Sequence record: ON286974
DNA: 64,000 nucleotides
From: Escherichia phage W115
Direction: 5' to 3' (one strand)
Translations under genes and position numbers: made by a program
Shown here: piece by piece, positions 34,515 through 43,336 of the stretch
Position numbering within the stretch: position 1 is the stretch's first letter
Layout: every line of letters starts with the position of its first letter
Notes under the pieces: generated by a model
What the model saw: the letters and a program-made list of their open reading frames with translations, nothing else
Database searches by the model: none
What the model was told of the DNA's origin: nothing

Positions 34515-36758
34515 TTACAGCTTGCAAGATGAGCACTCGCTAGCGTCTTCCGTACCATCAGCACCGTCGCGAACGTTCGCATAATACAGGGTTTTCAGAC
34601 CGTAATATTGAGCAAACAACATATCATCTAACACATCAGCAATATCGACTTTACCAGTCTTATAAGTGCTTGGATCGTATGATGTATTGGAACTAATCGC
34701 CTGATCCACAAACTTCTGCATGATCGCTGCCAGTGTCAGATAAGGCTTGTTACCTTTCTTGATCAGTGTCCAAAGCAGGTCAATAACATCAGCATTATTC
34801 TCTACGTTCGGAATAACCTGATTAAATTGCCCTTCTTTCGATCCTTTAACCGATACAATCCCGCGAGGCGGTTCAATACCATTTGTGCTGTTAGACACCT
34901 GAGAGGACGACTCACAAGGCATCAGAGCCGAAAGCGTACTATTACGAATGCCATATTTTTTCAGGTCTTCGCGCAGTTCTTCCCAATCCATCTCATACAC
35001 CGGATCAACCAGTTCATCTACTGTCTTTTTGTACCAGTCGATAGGCAGTTCACCGCGACCATAACGTGTTTCGTGCATCAGTTCGCAAGCACCCTTCTCT
35101 TTTGCTAGCTGCACACTAGCTTTAATCAGAGCATATTGCAAGCGTTCAAACGTTTTATGCGTAAACTCGCTAGCGTCTTCATATGTGAAGAAATTATCCG
35201 CGAGATACGATGCAAAGTTAGTCACCCCAACACCCAGAGAGCGACGTTTTTTGGCTGTCAGAGCTTGCTCTACAGGATAATCCTGATAATCTAACAGGTT
35301 GTCAAGTGCACGCACCATAACCATAGCAATGCGTTCTACTTCTTCCATGTTTTCGATATCGAAATTACCTAAAACATATGCTGCCAAAGTACATAGGCTG
35401 ATCTCTGAATCATCACGACCCATCGGTTTTGTTGGCAGAGCAATTTCACAACACAGGTTAGATTGTTTAATCGGTGCTACATTACGAATAAACGCCCCGT
35501 GATTGTTCATGTTGTCTGTGAACGTTGGGTAGATTCGACCAGTGTTAAAACGTTCAATTGCCACCGCTAAAAACAGGTCTTCGGCTTTAACACGAGTTTT
35601 ACGAACACTCGGATCTTTTTCCAGTTTTTCGTAAAGCTGACGGAAACCTTCCTCATCTCGGAAGTATAGATCCCACAACAAGCCACCTGCAACATCTGGA
35701 CTAAACAGAGTAATGTAATCCCGTTTAAGGAATCGCTCTACCATCAGGTTATTAATCTGTACGCCGTAATCAAGATGACGAATGCGGTTATCTTCTACCC
35801 CTTTGTTATTCTTTAACACAATCAGACTTTCAAACTCTAAATGCCACATTGGGTAATAGAGAGTCGCCGCCCCGCCACGAATACCGCCTTGTGAGCATGA
35901 CTTAACGGCAGTCTGAAAATGTTTCCAGAATGGGATAACGCCAGTATGACGAACTTCACCATGCCCGATCTTAGATCCTTCCGCGCGAATCATGCCAGCG
36001 TTGATACCGATACCAGCACGCTTGCTAATATACTTAATGATTGCATTTGCGGTTTCATTAATACCCTGCAATGAGTCATCACTTTCAATCACCACACACG
36101 AACTAAATTGGCGTGTTGGGGTACGCACACCTGCCATAATCGGAGTAGGCAGAGAGATTTGCTTATTCGCAACAGCATTATAAAAATCAATCACATGTTC
36201 AAGTCGATTTTCTGTCTCTTCTTGATGCAAGCACATACCGATCAGCATATACGCAAATTGCGGTGTTTCGATGATTTTCTTAGTGCTGCGATCCTGAACA
36301 AGATATTTCTCTTTTAACTGCATCGCACCAGCATAGGTCATTTTAAAATCAAGTTTATGGTCGATGAATTTCTCCAGATATTCCACTTCTTCACGGGAAT
36401 ATTTTTGCAGAATTTCGCGATCATATTTTCCGGTTTCAATATTACGCTCAATATGGCTGTAAAAATCAATCGGTTGGAATTGACCGTATACTGATTTACG
36501 AAGCGCGAACATTGCAAGGTTACTTGCTACATATTGATAATCGGGTGTTTCGACAGTAATGTTATCTGCTGCGACCTTAATCAATACTTTCTGGATATCA
36601 TTGGTAGACATACCTTCTGTCAGAAGTGGTTCAACCATATCAAACAATTCATATGGATCAACGTTATGACCTTCGGCTGCCGCTTCCAGAATTTTCATTA
36701 CTTTTTCTTTTTCAAACGGAACAGTCAGACCGGAAGACTTAACAACATTTTTAATCAT
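34515..36758 (-). CDS. nrdA: ribonucleotide reductase large subunit
   Basis: 747 aa; ATP-cone N-terminus, catalytic NLCCEIALPT, C-terminal Cys pair; similarity to T4 NrdA. Confidence 0.9.
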   Translation of the reverse strand: MIKNVVKSSGLTVPFEKEKVMKILEAAAEGHNVDPYELFDMVEPLLTEGMSTNDIQKVLIKVAADNITVETPDYQYVASNLAMFALRKSVYGQFQPIDFYSHIERNIETGKYDREILQKYSREEVEYLEKFIDHKLDFKMTYAGAMQLKEKYLVQDRSTKKIIETPQFAYMLIGMCLHQEETENRLEHVIDFYNAVANKQISLPTPIMAGVRTPTRQFSSCVVIESDDSLQGINETANAIIKYISKRAGIGINAGMIRAEGSKIGHGEVRHTGVIPFWKHFQTAVKSCSQGGIRGGAATLYYPMWHLEFESLIVLKNNKGVEDNRIRHLDYGVQINNLMVERFLKRDYITLFSPDVAGGLLWDLYFRDEEGFRQLYEKLEKDPSVRKTRVKAEDLFLAVAIERFNTGRIYPTFTDNMNNHGAFIRNVAPIKQSNLCCEIALPTKPMGRDDSEISLCTLAAYVLGNFDIENMEEVERIAMVMVRALDNLLDYQDYPVEQALTAKKRRSLGVGVTNFASYLADNFFTYEDASEFTHKTFERLQYALIKASVQLAKEKGACELMHETRYGRGELPIDWYKKTVDELVDPVYEMDWEELREDLKKYGIRNSTLSALMPCESSSQVSNSTNGIEPPRGIVSVKGSKEGQFNQVIPNVENNADVIDLLWTLIKKGNKPYLTLAAIMQKFVDQAISSNTSYDPSTYKTGKVDIADVLDDMLFAQYYGLKTLYYANVRDGADGTEDASECSSCKL

Positions 36759-36826
36759 ATTACCTCACTTCATATTTTAGCAGGAACAAGTTTATCCTCC
36801 ATATTGGGGGCTTTCGCCCCCTTTGT

Positions 36827-38047
36827 TTATACTGCCATTTGAGCGGTGATGGCTGGATGGCTTTGATAGTTGTGAATTTTAAAGTCTTTCGGAGTTTTTG
36901 TCAATACCTCATCTAAAGATTTAAATTCCGGCAACTCAATTGTTGGTTTATCAAACGGAACACGGCTTAACTGTTCCATGACTTGATCAAAATGGTTTTT
37001 GTAAATGTGAGTATCTCCACCAGAGAAAATCAGTTCTCCTACCTCAAGATCACACATTTTCGCTATGATGTGAGTTAACAGCGCATAGCTGGCAACATTA
37101 AAGGGCAAGCCCAAAAAGCTGTCTACGCTTCGCTGAAACCACATACAAGACAGTTTACCTTCATTGACGTAGAATTGTACGAACGGATGACATACACCCA
37201 ATACAGCATTATGTGTTCCTTGTACGTTCCATGAGTCAATAATGATCCGGCGATCCGTTGGATTGTTTTTAATTTGTTCGATCACATTTTGTAACTGGTC
37301 TTCCCAAATCTTCGGGCGATAGACATATTCTTCATCGTCTTTAGTGCTTGATGTGTCTACGTCCATACTAACAAACATCGTGGTATCCGGTGCTATAATA
37401 TCCCCACCCAGATAATCACTATCAAGCAGATAACCGAAATAACCGTCATCTACCCATTCCTGGAATCCCCACAAGCAATATGCATCATTAACAAAATTAG
37501 ATTGAGTCTTCCAGTGGTCTGCTACCAGAATATAATCAAACTCTTCATAACGCATACCACGCCAGATAGCACATAAACGGTCTTCTGTTTCATTGGTTGG
37601 CGTAAAGTCTTCTACCCACGGGTGTTTAAATGTATGTGTATATTTGCTCTTAACGCGCTTAATTTTGATTTCACCGTGTGGATGAATCGGTTTGCGTCGC
37701 CATGCCATGCCATACATATTGCCGACATTATAACCATTGAATCGCAAAGGATTCTTTTCTTTCATATCAAGACAGTTGCCGCGCCAAATGTCGAAGGCTT
37801 CTTCGTCAAACTTACCGCGTGTAATTTCCTGTAAGCGACGGCGGTCAAGTGATCCCTCCATAAACCATAGCAACTCGCCAATTATAGAGGCTGTAGCCAT
37901 CTTTTTGGTGGTCAGTAATGGAAAACCCTTGCTTAAATCAATTCGCATCTCTGCGCCGAATTTAGAGAGCGTACCTACCCCCGTGCGGTCTTCACGAGGC
38001 CAGCCATTATCAAGAACATCACGCAACAGTTTCAAATATTCTTTCAT
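36827..38047 (-). CDS. td: thymidylate synthase with large internal insertion
   Basis: 406 aa; N-terminal DRTGVGT, active-site region LGVCHPFVQFY, C-terminal FSGGDTHIY; about 110 extra residues inserted relative to T4 Td. Confidence 0.8.
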   Translation of the reverse strand: MKEYLKLLRDVLDNGWPREDRTGVGTLSKFGAEMRIDLSKGFPLLTTKKMATASIIGELLWFMEGSLDRRRLQEITRGKFDEEAFDIWRGNCLDMKEKNPLRFNGYNVGNMYGMAWRRKPIHPHGEIKIKRVKSKYTHTFKHPWVEDFTPTNETEDRLCAIWRGMRYEEFDYILVADHWKTQSNFVNDAYCLWGFQEWVDDGYFGYLLDSDYLGGDIIAPDTTMFVSMDVDTSSTKDDEEYVYRPKIWEDQLQNVIEQIKNNPTDRRIIIDSWNVQGTHNAVLGVCHPFVQFYVNEGKLSCMWFQRSVDSFLGLPFNVASYALLTHIIAKMCDLEVGELIFSGGDTHIYKNHFDQVMEQLSRVPFDKPTIELPEFKSLDEVLTKTPKDFKIHNYQSHPAITAQMAV

Positions 38048-38288
38048 CCCACATCACCTTTTTCTTGTTGATTGCTTTCTTACGCAGTTTTGCTACTGTC
38101 TCGTCAATATCGATAAAGACAACGCCACGGTCGAATACAGTTGCAGGTCTTGAGATATCGCTATTTTCTTGCACAGGAAGCCATGATGCGCTCGCTTCAT
38201 CATAGAGATATTGTAAACCGTAATAATCTACGGCTACTGCGTAGTTTTCACTGGTAGCCGTCCATAATTGAATAATACCGACTTTCAT
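38019..38288 (-). CDS. hypothetical protein (89 aa)
   Basis: Start re-assigned to ATG 38288 (MKVGIIQLW...), TAATG overlap with upstream mini-ORF; overlaps td start. Confidence 0.4.
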   Translation of the reverse strand: MKVGIIQLWTATSENYAVAVDYYGLQYLYDEASASWLPVQENSDISRPATVFDRGVVFIDIDETVAKLRKKAINKKKVMWDERIFETVA

Positions 38289-38380
38289 TATTGTTCCCGT
38301 CCGCAATGTAAGCACCGACTACCAGCAAACATCAAAGATTCACCACAATGTTTGCACTCATAATCTGTCAGAATTTTCAT
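38288..38380 (-). CDS. zinc-ribbon mini-protein (30 aa)
   Basis: Unlisted ORF MKILTDYECKHCGESLMFAGSRCLHCGREQ; starts 1 nt after frd stop (TAACATG). Confidence 0.35.
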   Translation of the reverse strand: MKILTDYECKHCGESLMFAGSRCLHCGREQ

Positions 38381-38381
38381 G

Positions 38382-38951
38382 TTACGCCTTCTTACGTTCT
38401 AAAATTTGTTCGCTGATCAGGTAATCATCAAGGAAGTAATTATGTTCTTCTTTGGTTGCAAAGTCAAAATATAATTCCTGAATCATTTCCTTAGAGATTC
38501 CAACATCATATTCAAATGGATCGTTGACCCCTGAACGTTGAACATACGTTAACACAATACGGTCCGCAAAGTCAACCGCTTTTTCAATCAGGGAAGGTCC
38601 GCCGATAACACTTACCAAACCTTGCGTTTTCTCTAGGGCTTTTAACAGATCCTTCAATTCAATTCCAGTATACACATCAGGTTGGTCGCCGTTTTTAGCT
38701 TTCGGTTCTGGCTTGCTGGTATCGGTACTAATAACCACATTCAAACGTCCCCAAAGTGCTTTAGGCAGACTTTCAAAGGTATTACGTCCCATTACTACCG
38801 CAGCAAAATCAACCTCGCCAATAGTGCGGATTTTAAAGTTTTCCATATCTTTTTTGATTGGACGCCCCCACGGTAAACCGCCTTTAAAACCAAAAGCCCA
38901 ATTTTCATCCGACATTTTAGTGTCACCAATCGCAAATACACATTGAATCAT
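38382..38951 (-). CDS. frd: dihydrofolate reductase
   Basis: 189 aa; DHFR-like pattern (AIGDTK, LPWGRP, GRNTFESLP, VIGGPSL). Confidence 0.8.
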   Translation of the reverse strand: MIQCVFAIGDTKMSDENWAFGFKGGLPWGRPIKKDMENFKIRTIGEVDFAAVVMGRNTFESLPKALWGRLNVVISTDTSKPEPKAKNGDQPDVYTGIELKDLLKALEKTQGLVSVIGGPSLIEKAVDFADRIVLTYVQRSGVNDPFEYDVGISKEMIQELYFDFATKEEHNYFLDDYLISEQILERKKA

Positions 38952-38966
38952 AATATAAATCTCCTA

Positions 38967-39296
38967 TCAAATCAGTTTAAAGAAGTTTTCGTTTACATTT
39001 TCTTCGGTGATTGCTGTCTTAAATTCTTGACCGTTATCCGGTGTGATGAAATAACGGTCAGAATAATCACGATAACGTTTTAAGTGAGATACACCAACAT
39101 TAACACCATTTTCCCAAAAACGAAAGGTAATCATTTTTGGTTCATATCGATAGTCGCTGGTTAACACAGTACCATCACCGCGACGGGCTTCATAAACCGT
39201 AATACATTCACGATTAGCGGCTTTTAGGCATTCTTCAATAGTGCCACATGAGATAATACTTACTTTTTCATCTACGATTTGTTCTACAGTCCACAT
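38967..39296 (-). CDS. hypothetical protein (109 aa)
   Basis: True start MWTVEQIVDEK... after GAGAGGA RBS; track N-terminus is promoter. Confidence 0.45.
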   Translation of the reverse strand: MWTVEQIVDEKVSIISCGTIEECLKAANRECITVYEARRGDGTVLTSDYRYEPKMITFRFWENGVNVGVSHLKRYRDYSDRYFITPDNGQEFKTAITEENVNENFFKLI

Positions 39297-39343
39297 AATA
39301 TAATCCTCTCTTTGTTTCGATATGTACATTATACACTATTGCG

Positions 39344-40360
39344 TTACGCTGTCAACTCTTTTTCAAAAGTTTTTACGATATACATGATAGTGCTCAATTC
39401 AGACGGCGCGACTGTTTCTGTGTAGCCATCCGGCATATCTTCTTTTGAGATATAGGAAGTTTTACCTTTCATCGCTTCCTTGATCTTGTTCTCTAATTCT
39501 AAGATCTTTTGACCGTCTTGTAAAGTCAATTCATAAAAGATCTCGTGGTCGAATTTAGATTTCGCTGATTGGTTTCTCATTCGTTCTTGTGTTGTTAAAT
39601 TGGTTATTCCAAATTTGATTCCATAAAAACATGATTTTTTAATTAGTTTTTGAATGTATAGTGTTCCGTGTTTTAAAGTGTTGTATCCAAATCTAGCACA
39701 ACTTGAACATCTATTTCCTGATAGAAACCCGTTAATTGTTGGTGTAAATGTATGACCATTACAACATTGCAATTTTAATTTTGTTGTATTTCCTTTCCAT
39801 TCACCTATAAATCCATTGAATAGTATGTTTTCTTTATCAAAGATTGGTTTAATTCTAATAATATAGTCATCTTTGGGTATTGATTTTAATTCTTTCAGTT
39901 TTAACCGGTAGCATTCTTGGCAGCGTCTTCCATTTTTGAAATTGTTAATTGTTGGTGTAAATGTATGTCCATTACAACATTGTAGATTTAATTTTGTCGA
40001 TGACCTTTTCCATTCACCTATAAATCCATTGAATAGTATGTTTTCTTTATCAAAGATTGGAGTTAACTTATGTAGATGTTCATCTTCCGAAAAAGATTTC
40101 ATCCTTCCATTCTTTATGTCTGCACATTTATGACAGCGATTTCCAGCGTTGAAATTGTTAATTGTTATTGTAAATGTATGACCATTACAACATTGCAATT
40201 TTAATTTTGTTGTATTTCCTTTCCATTCACCTATAAATCCAATAAACTTTATATTTTCTTTAAAGAATGTTGGTTTTAATTCTTCGTAGTAATTCACTGG
40301 AGATTTTGAATTGTGAGCTTTTCTAACCCATTCAATCTCATGTGCTTGACGTACTAACAT
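39344..40360 (-). CDS. protein with three tandem Cys-rich repeats (putative Zn-binding), function unknown
   Basis: Three repeats of about 70 aa, FDKENILFNGFIGEWK...TKL.LQCCNGHTFT.TINNF..G.RC..C; start re-assigned to ATG 40360 after GGAGGATAA RBS. Confidence 0.55.
   Translation of the reverse strand: MLVRQAHEIEWVRKAHNSKSPVNYYEELKPTFFKENIKFIGFIGEWKGNTTKLKLQCCNGHTFTITINNFNAGNRCHKCADIKNGRMKSFSEDEHLHKLTPIFDKENILFNGFIGEWKRSSTKLNLQCCNGHTFTPTINNFKNGRRCQECYRLKLKELKSIPKDDYIIRIKPIFDKENILFNGFIGEWKGNTTKLKLQCCNGHTFTPTINGFLSGNRCSSCARFGYNTLKHGTLYIQKLIKKSCFYGIKFGITNLTTQERMRNQSAKSKFDHEIFYELTLQDGQKILELENKIKEAMKGKTSYISKEDMPDGYTETVAPSELSTIMYIVKTFEKELTA
39720..40280. repeat. three tandem DNA repeats of about 210-215 bp inside the Cys-rich repeat gene
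   Basis: Near-identical stretches around 39730-39850, 39945-40060 and 40155-40275. Confidence 0.6.
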
Positions 40361-40443
40361 AATTTTATCCTCCGTTGTTTCTATGGGTGCATTATACATT
40401 ACCACATCAGCATGTCAATACATTTTCATAAAATTTTAGGCAA

Positions 40444-40471
40444 TAAAAAAAGCCTCCCCGAAGGAAGGCTT
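40444..40471 (-). terminator. rho-independent terminator downstream of gene 32
   Basis: Hairpin agcctccc-cgaa-ggaaggct with U-run. Confidence 0.55.
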
Positions 40472-40480
40472 TAAAATTCA

Positions 40481-41455
40481 TTACATCCCTAACAGAGCGT
40501 CAAGATCATCCAGATCAGAAGCGGAGGAAGTACCGCCACCCAGATCCAGCGATGCCATCAGGTCATCAGCGGAAGAATCTAACGCCGTGCTAGCTGCGTT
40601 AATACCAACTACAGTGCTAGCTGCGTTAATACCAGAATCGAATGCATTCATCTGTGCGTCAAAATCGTCAAGCTGGCTGTTAATCGCTGCCGCAGCACTG
40701 GAAGCCGCAGCACCAGCTACCATAGAAACGCCCATAGTTTTCTTAAATTTGGTTTCCAGTTCATCGAACGGTTTAAACTGGCTAGGCGCTACAATCTCAC
40801 TCAGGTCAACCATGTTTTCCATCAGATATTTCTGATATGCTTCGTCTTCAATTTTCGGAAGCTGTGATTGCTGCATGAAACGAGAATCATCATAGTTCTG
40901 GTGTTTATCAACCTTCTTAGCTTTCAGGAGGAAGTTAGCACCGGAGAACACACAAGTTACATCTACCGGAACTTCGCCCATGTCGGTATTCACGTTCACC
41001 ATTGCAACGATCTTATCATAAATTTTCTGACCGAAGCGGAATTTGAATACCTTACCTTCATTTTCTGGTGCTTGAGGATCTTTCAGTACCAGAATGTTTG
41101 CGTAGTAAGACGCTTTACGCTTAATCAGTTGCCATTCGGTTTTATCGGTATTGTACAGGTCTTTTTCGTTAATATATTTGCACACAGGGCAAGAATCAAA
41201 ATCACCGTGGGTGCTGGAGCAGTTTTCCCAATACCATTTGCCATTAACTTTGAAGGAATGGTTTACCAGTTTCACAATCGGCAGACCGTCTTCTGTCTTC
41301 GACGGCAGGAAGCGAATCAGGGCTTCACCGTTACCTGCTGCATCAGTCTTAATCTTCCACTCTTTCGGATCTTCTTTGGAGAAACCGTTGCCACCTTTCA
41401 GTGCGGCCAGTTGAGCTTGCAGTTTGGAAGAATCTTGGCGTTTAAACATATTCAC
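40481..41455 (-). CDS. 32: gp32 single-stranded DNA-binding protein
   Basis: 324 aa; strong similarity to T4 gp32 (IRFLPSK, zinc site CSSTHGD...[10 protein letters not shown], acidic C-terminus). Confidence 0.9.
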   Translation of the reverse strand: MNMFKRQDSSKLQAQLAALKGGNGFSKEDPKEWKIKTDAAGNGEALIRFLPSKTEDGLPIVKLVNHSFKVNGKWYWENCSSTHGDFDSCPVCKYINEKDLYNTDKTEWQLIKRKASYYANILVLKDPQAPENEGKVFKFRFGQKIYDKIVAMVNVNTDMGEVPVDVTCVFSGANFLLKAKKVDKHQNYDDSRFMQQSQLPKIEDEAYQKYLMENMVDLSEIVAPSQFKPFDELETKFKKTMGVSMVAGAAASSAAAAINSQLDDFDAQMNAFDSGINAASTVVGINAASTALDSSADDLMASLDLGGGTSSASDLDDLDALLGM

Positions 41456-41485
41456 TATTCCTTCTTTTGATTGATTTACTAGACT

Positions 41486-41513
41486 ATTATACAGATTTAA
41501 ATTTACTTGTCAA
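41486..41513 (-). promoter_or_regulatory. sigma70-type promoter upstream of gene 32 (TTGACA-16-TATAAT)
   Basis: Read on minus strand; overlaps the 3' end of gene 59. Confidence 0.5.
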
Positions 41514-42190
41514 CTATTTGTTTCGGCTTTTAATTGAGATATTTCTTTACACTCTTTAACTACTTTAACAAATAATGCTCTTGCTTTTGCGGCGTCAATA
41601 ACAAGTAGTTTCTTGTACGCCTTCATTTTAACACTATAAGTTTGCCAAATCAAGTCTTTGGCTACCTTGTCGTGTTCGTCGATTATATTTAGAAAGCTAT
41701 CTAACAACATAAACGACTCAAACGATATAATCCGATTTTGCAGTAGTTTAAAGATACCGCTAGTTTCGGTTGCGGGATTATATGTAATTAGCTCTTTAAG
41801 AGTAACCCCGCGTTTCTCTGAGAAGTATACAAGACTTTTAATGTCATCGTCAAATCTTGTTGCTGCATCGGTTATCTTTCCTATGTATTCCATATAAAAG
41901 CCGTATGCGTCAACATCAGTGATTTCACCTACCCATGCATCGGTATTAGCTACCAGATTGCTTAGGAATAGGAAGTATAATTCTCTTAGATTGTACTTTT
42001 CCGCTAATTTTGCGAAATAATACTTATCTCTGCGTTTATTGAATGCGGCATCAGACAACCGCATCCTCCAATTGTATTTTACGCAATCATAACGCCCGTT
42101 CATGTGAGCTTTCATCATGCAATATAACATATACACAGATTTAGCATTAATTCGCATATCTGGATCTGGAGGAAGACGGTTTCTGATCAT
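41510..42190 (-). CDS. 59: gp59 helicase loader
   Basis: 226 aa; similarity to T4 gp59 (KYNWRMR.SDAA..KRRDKY, FLSNLVAN.DAW, FESFMLLDSFLNIID). Confidence 0.85.
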   Translation of the reverse strand: MIRNRLPPDPDMRINAKSVYMLYCMMKAHMNGRYDCVKYNWRMRLSDAAFNKRRDKYYFAKLAEKYNLRELYFLFLSNLVANTDAWVGEITDVDAYGFYMEYIGKITDAATRFDDDIKSLVYFSEKRGVTLKELITYNPATETSGIFKLLQNRIISFESFMLLDSFLNIIDEHDKVAKDLIWQTYSVKMKAYKKLLVIDAAKARALFVKVVKECKEISQLKAETNS

Positions 42191-42199
42191 ACATACCCC

Positions 42200-42469
42200 T
42201 TAAATATCGAGAGTGTTGGTCGGTTCGTCGATCACTCCCTTCCTGAGCGTTCTATTTACTATACATTCTTGTGTGATCTTGTCAATAATGGACACCGGAA
42301 TATACTTCTGATAGTGACCATATTCGATAGAGTTTTCCTCTACAAACTGCGTTGTCGCTTCAAGATAAGTCAATCCCTCTTCAACAACCAGTTTTTCGAT
42401 TGCAAGACCGTTTGCTGTTTTATTCGCGGCTTTTACCGCATGTTCATTAAGCATTGAACACCCGATCAT
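42200..42469 (-). CDS. 33: gp33 late transcription co-activator
   Basis: 89 aa; LTYLEATTQFVEENSI matches T4 gp33 core. Confidence 0.7.
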   Translation of the reverse strand: MIGCSMLNEHAVKAANKTANGLAIEKLVVEEGLTYLEATTQFVEENSIEYGHYQKYIPVSIIDKITQECIVNRTLRKGVIDEPTNTLDI

Positions 42470-42722
42470 AGAGTTCTACCGCTTCGTCGCGTTCTGCTTC
42501 GAAGGTTTCGCGCTGTTGCTGGTGATACAGTTTAAACAGAATGCCCCACATTTTACCATCTACGCCTAATTCTTCTTTAGCACGCTGTTTGATCTCTTTG
42601 ATCTTATCGCCATATGCTTCTTGAATGGTTTTCTGATCGCTGGCTTCTTTAATCAGTTGTGCCAGGGTATTTCCGTGTACATTTTCGTCAAATACTACTT
42701 TTTCTTTTTTCTGTTCAGTCAT
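42447..42722 (-). CDS. dsbA: DsbA double-stranded DNA-binding protein
   Basis: 91 aa; similarity to T4 DsbA (ELGVDGKM, LYH, FEAE..E.VELYD.VF). Confidence 0.75.
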   Translation of the reverse strand: MTEQKKEKVVFDENVHGNTLAQLIKEASDQKTIQEAYGDKIKEIKQRAKEELGVDGKMWGILFKLYHQQQRETFEAERDEAVELYDRVFNA

Positions 42723-42726
42723 AATA

Positions 42727-43326
42727 TTAACCCTCTTTAGTAATTAATTGAAAACCACGTTCAGCTTTTGATATTTCGCTAGGACTTAAATCGTCACCAA
42801 CATATTCTAGCATCATTTCTCGGATAATGTCAAGTGCTTTTTCATCACCTGATTTTAACTCGAACTCAAGTTCATAATGAGCAGTGTCGCCCAATCCTTC
42901 GCCTACTTTGCCATAATAGAAAGTGTCTTTGCACATTTCCACTATACCACAACCCATATCTAGAGTCAATGACTTGCGATATGTCATTACTTGCATTATT
43001 GTAGTGATATAGTCGGAGTTTACCCCTAGACTATCAATAAAATGGACGAACTCATCCCAATTTGAAAATGTCATTTCCTCGCGGTTGAATAGTCCAGATT
43101 CATTATCACCCATTTTGACCATGATCTCTGATTTTCTACAGTCAAGTCGTGCATAAATTCCTTTTTGACGTAGCGCATGATCTTCGGTATCATAATAAAA
43201 TTCGTGTTTTAATATGTTATCTCGGTCTAAGAGATTGTACCCGTCATACATTACCACCCACAAATCACAGATGGTTTCGACGCCAATTTGTGAGTGTGCA
43301 TAGTATTTTAATTCAAGTTCTTTCAT
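42727..43326 (-). CDS. CYTH-like (triphosphate tunnel metalloenzyme) domain protein
   Basis: 199 aa; N-terminal ELELK (ExExK) motif and C-terminal YELEFELK acidic motif typical of CYTH/CyaB/ThTPase; inserted between dsbA and rnh. Confidence 0.45.
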   Translation of the reverse strand: MKELELKYYAHSQIGVETICDLWVVMYDGYNLLDRDNILKHEFYYDTEDHALRQKGIYARLDCRKSEIMVKMGDNESGLFNREEMTFSNWDEFVHFIDSLGVNSDYITTIMQVMTYRKSLTLDMGCGIVEMCKDTFYYGKVGEGLGDTAHYELEFELKSGDEKALDIIREMMLEYVGDDLSPSEISKAERGFQLITKEG

Positions 43327-43336
43327 GTGTCAACCC

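Noticed and set aside
36827-38047. Intein or group I intron in thymidylate synthase
   Set aside because: The reading frame is continuous with no stop codons, and the inserted residues lack intein block motifs and the terminal Cys/Ser...His-Asn signature.
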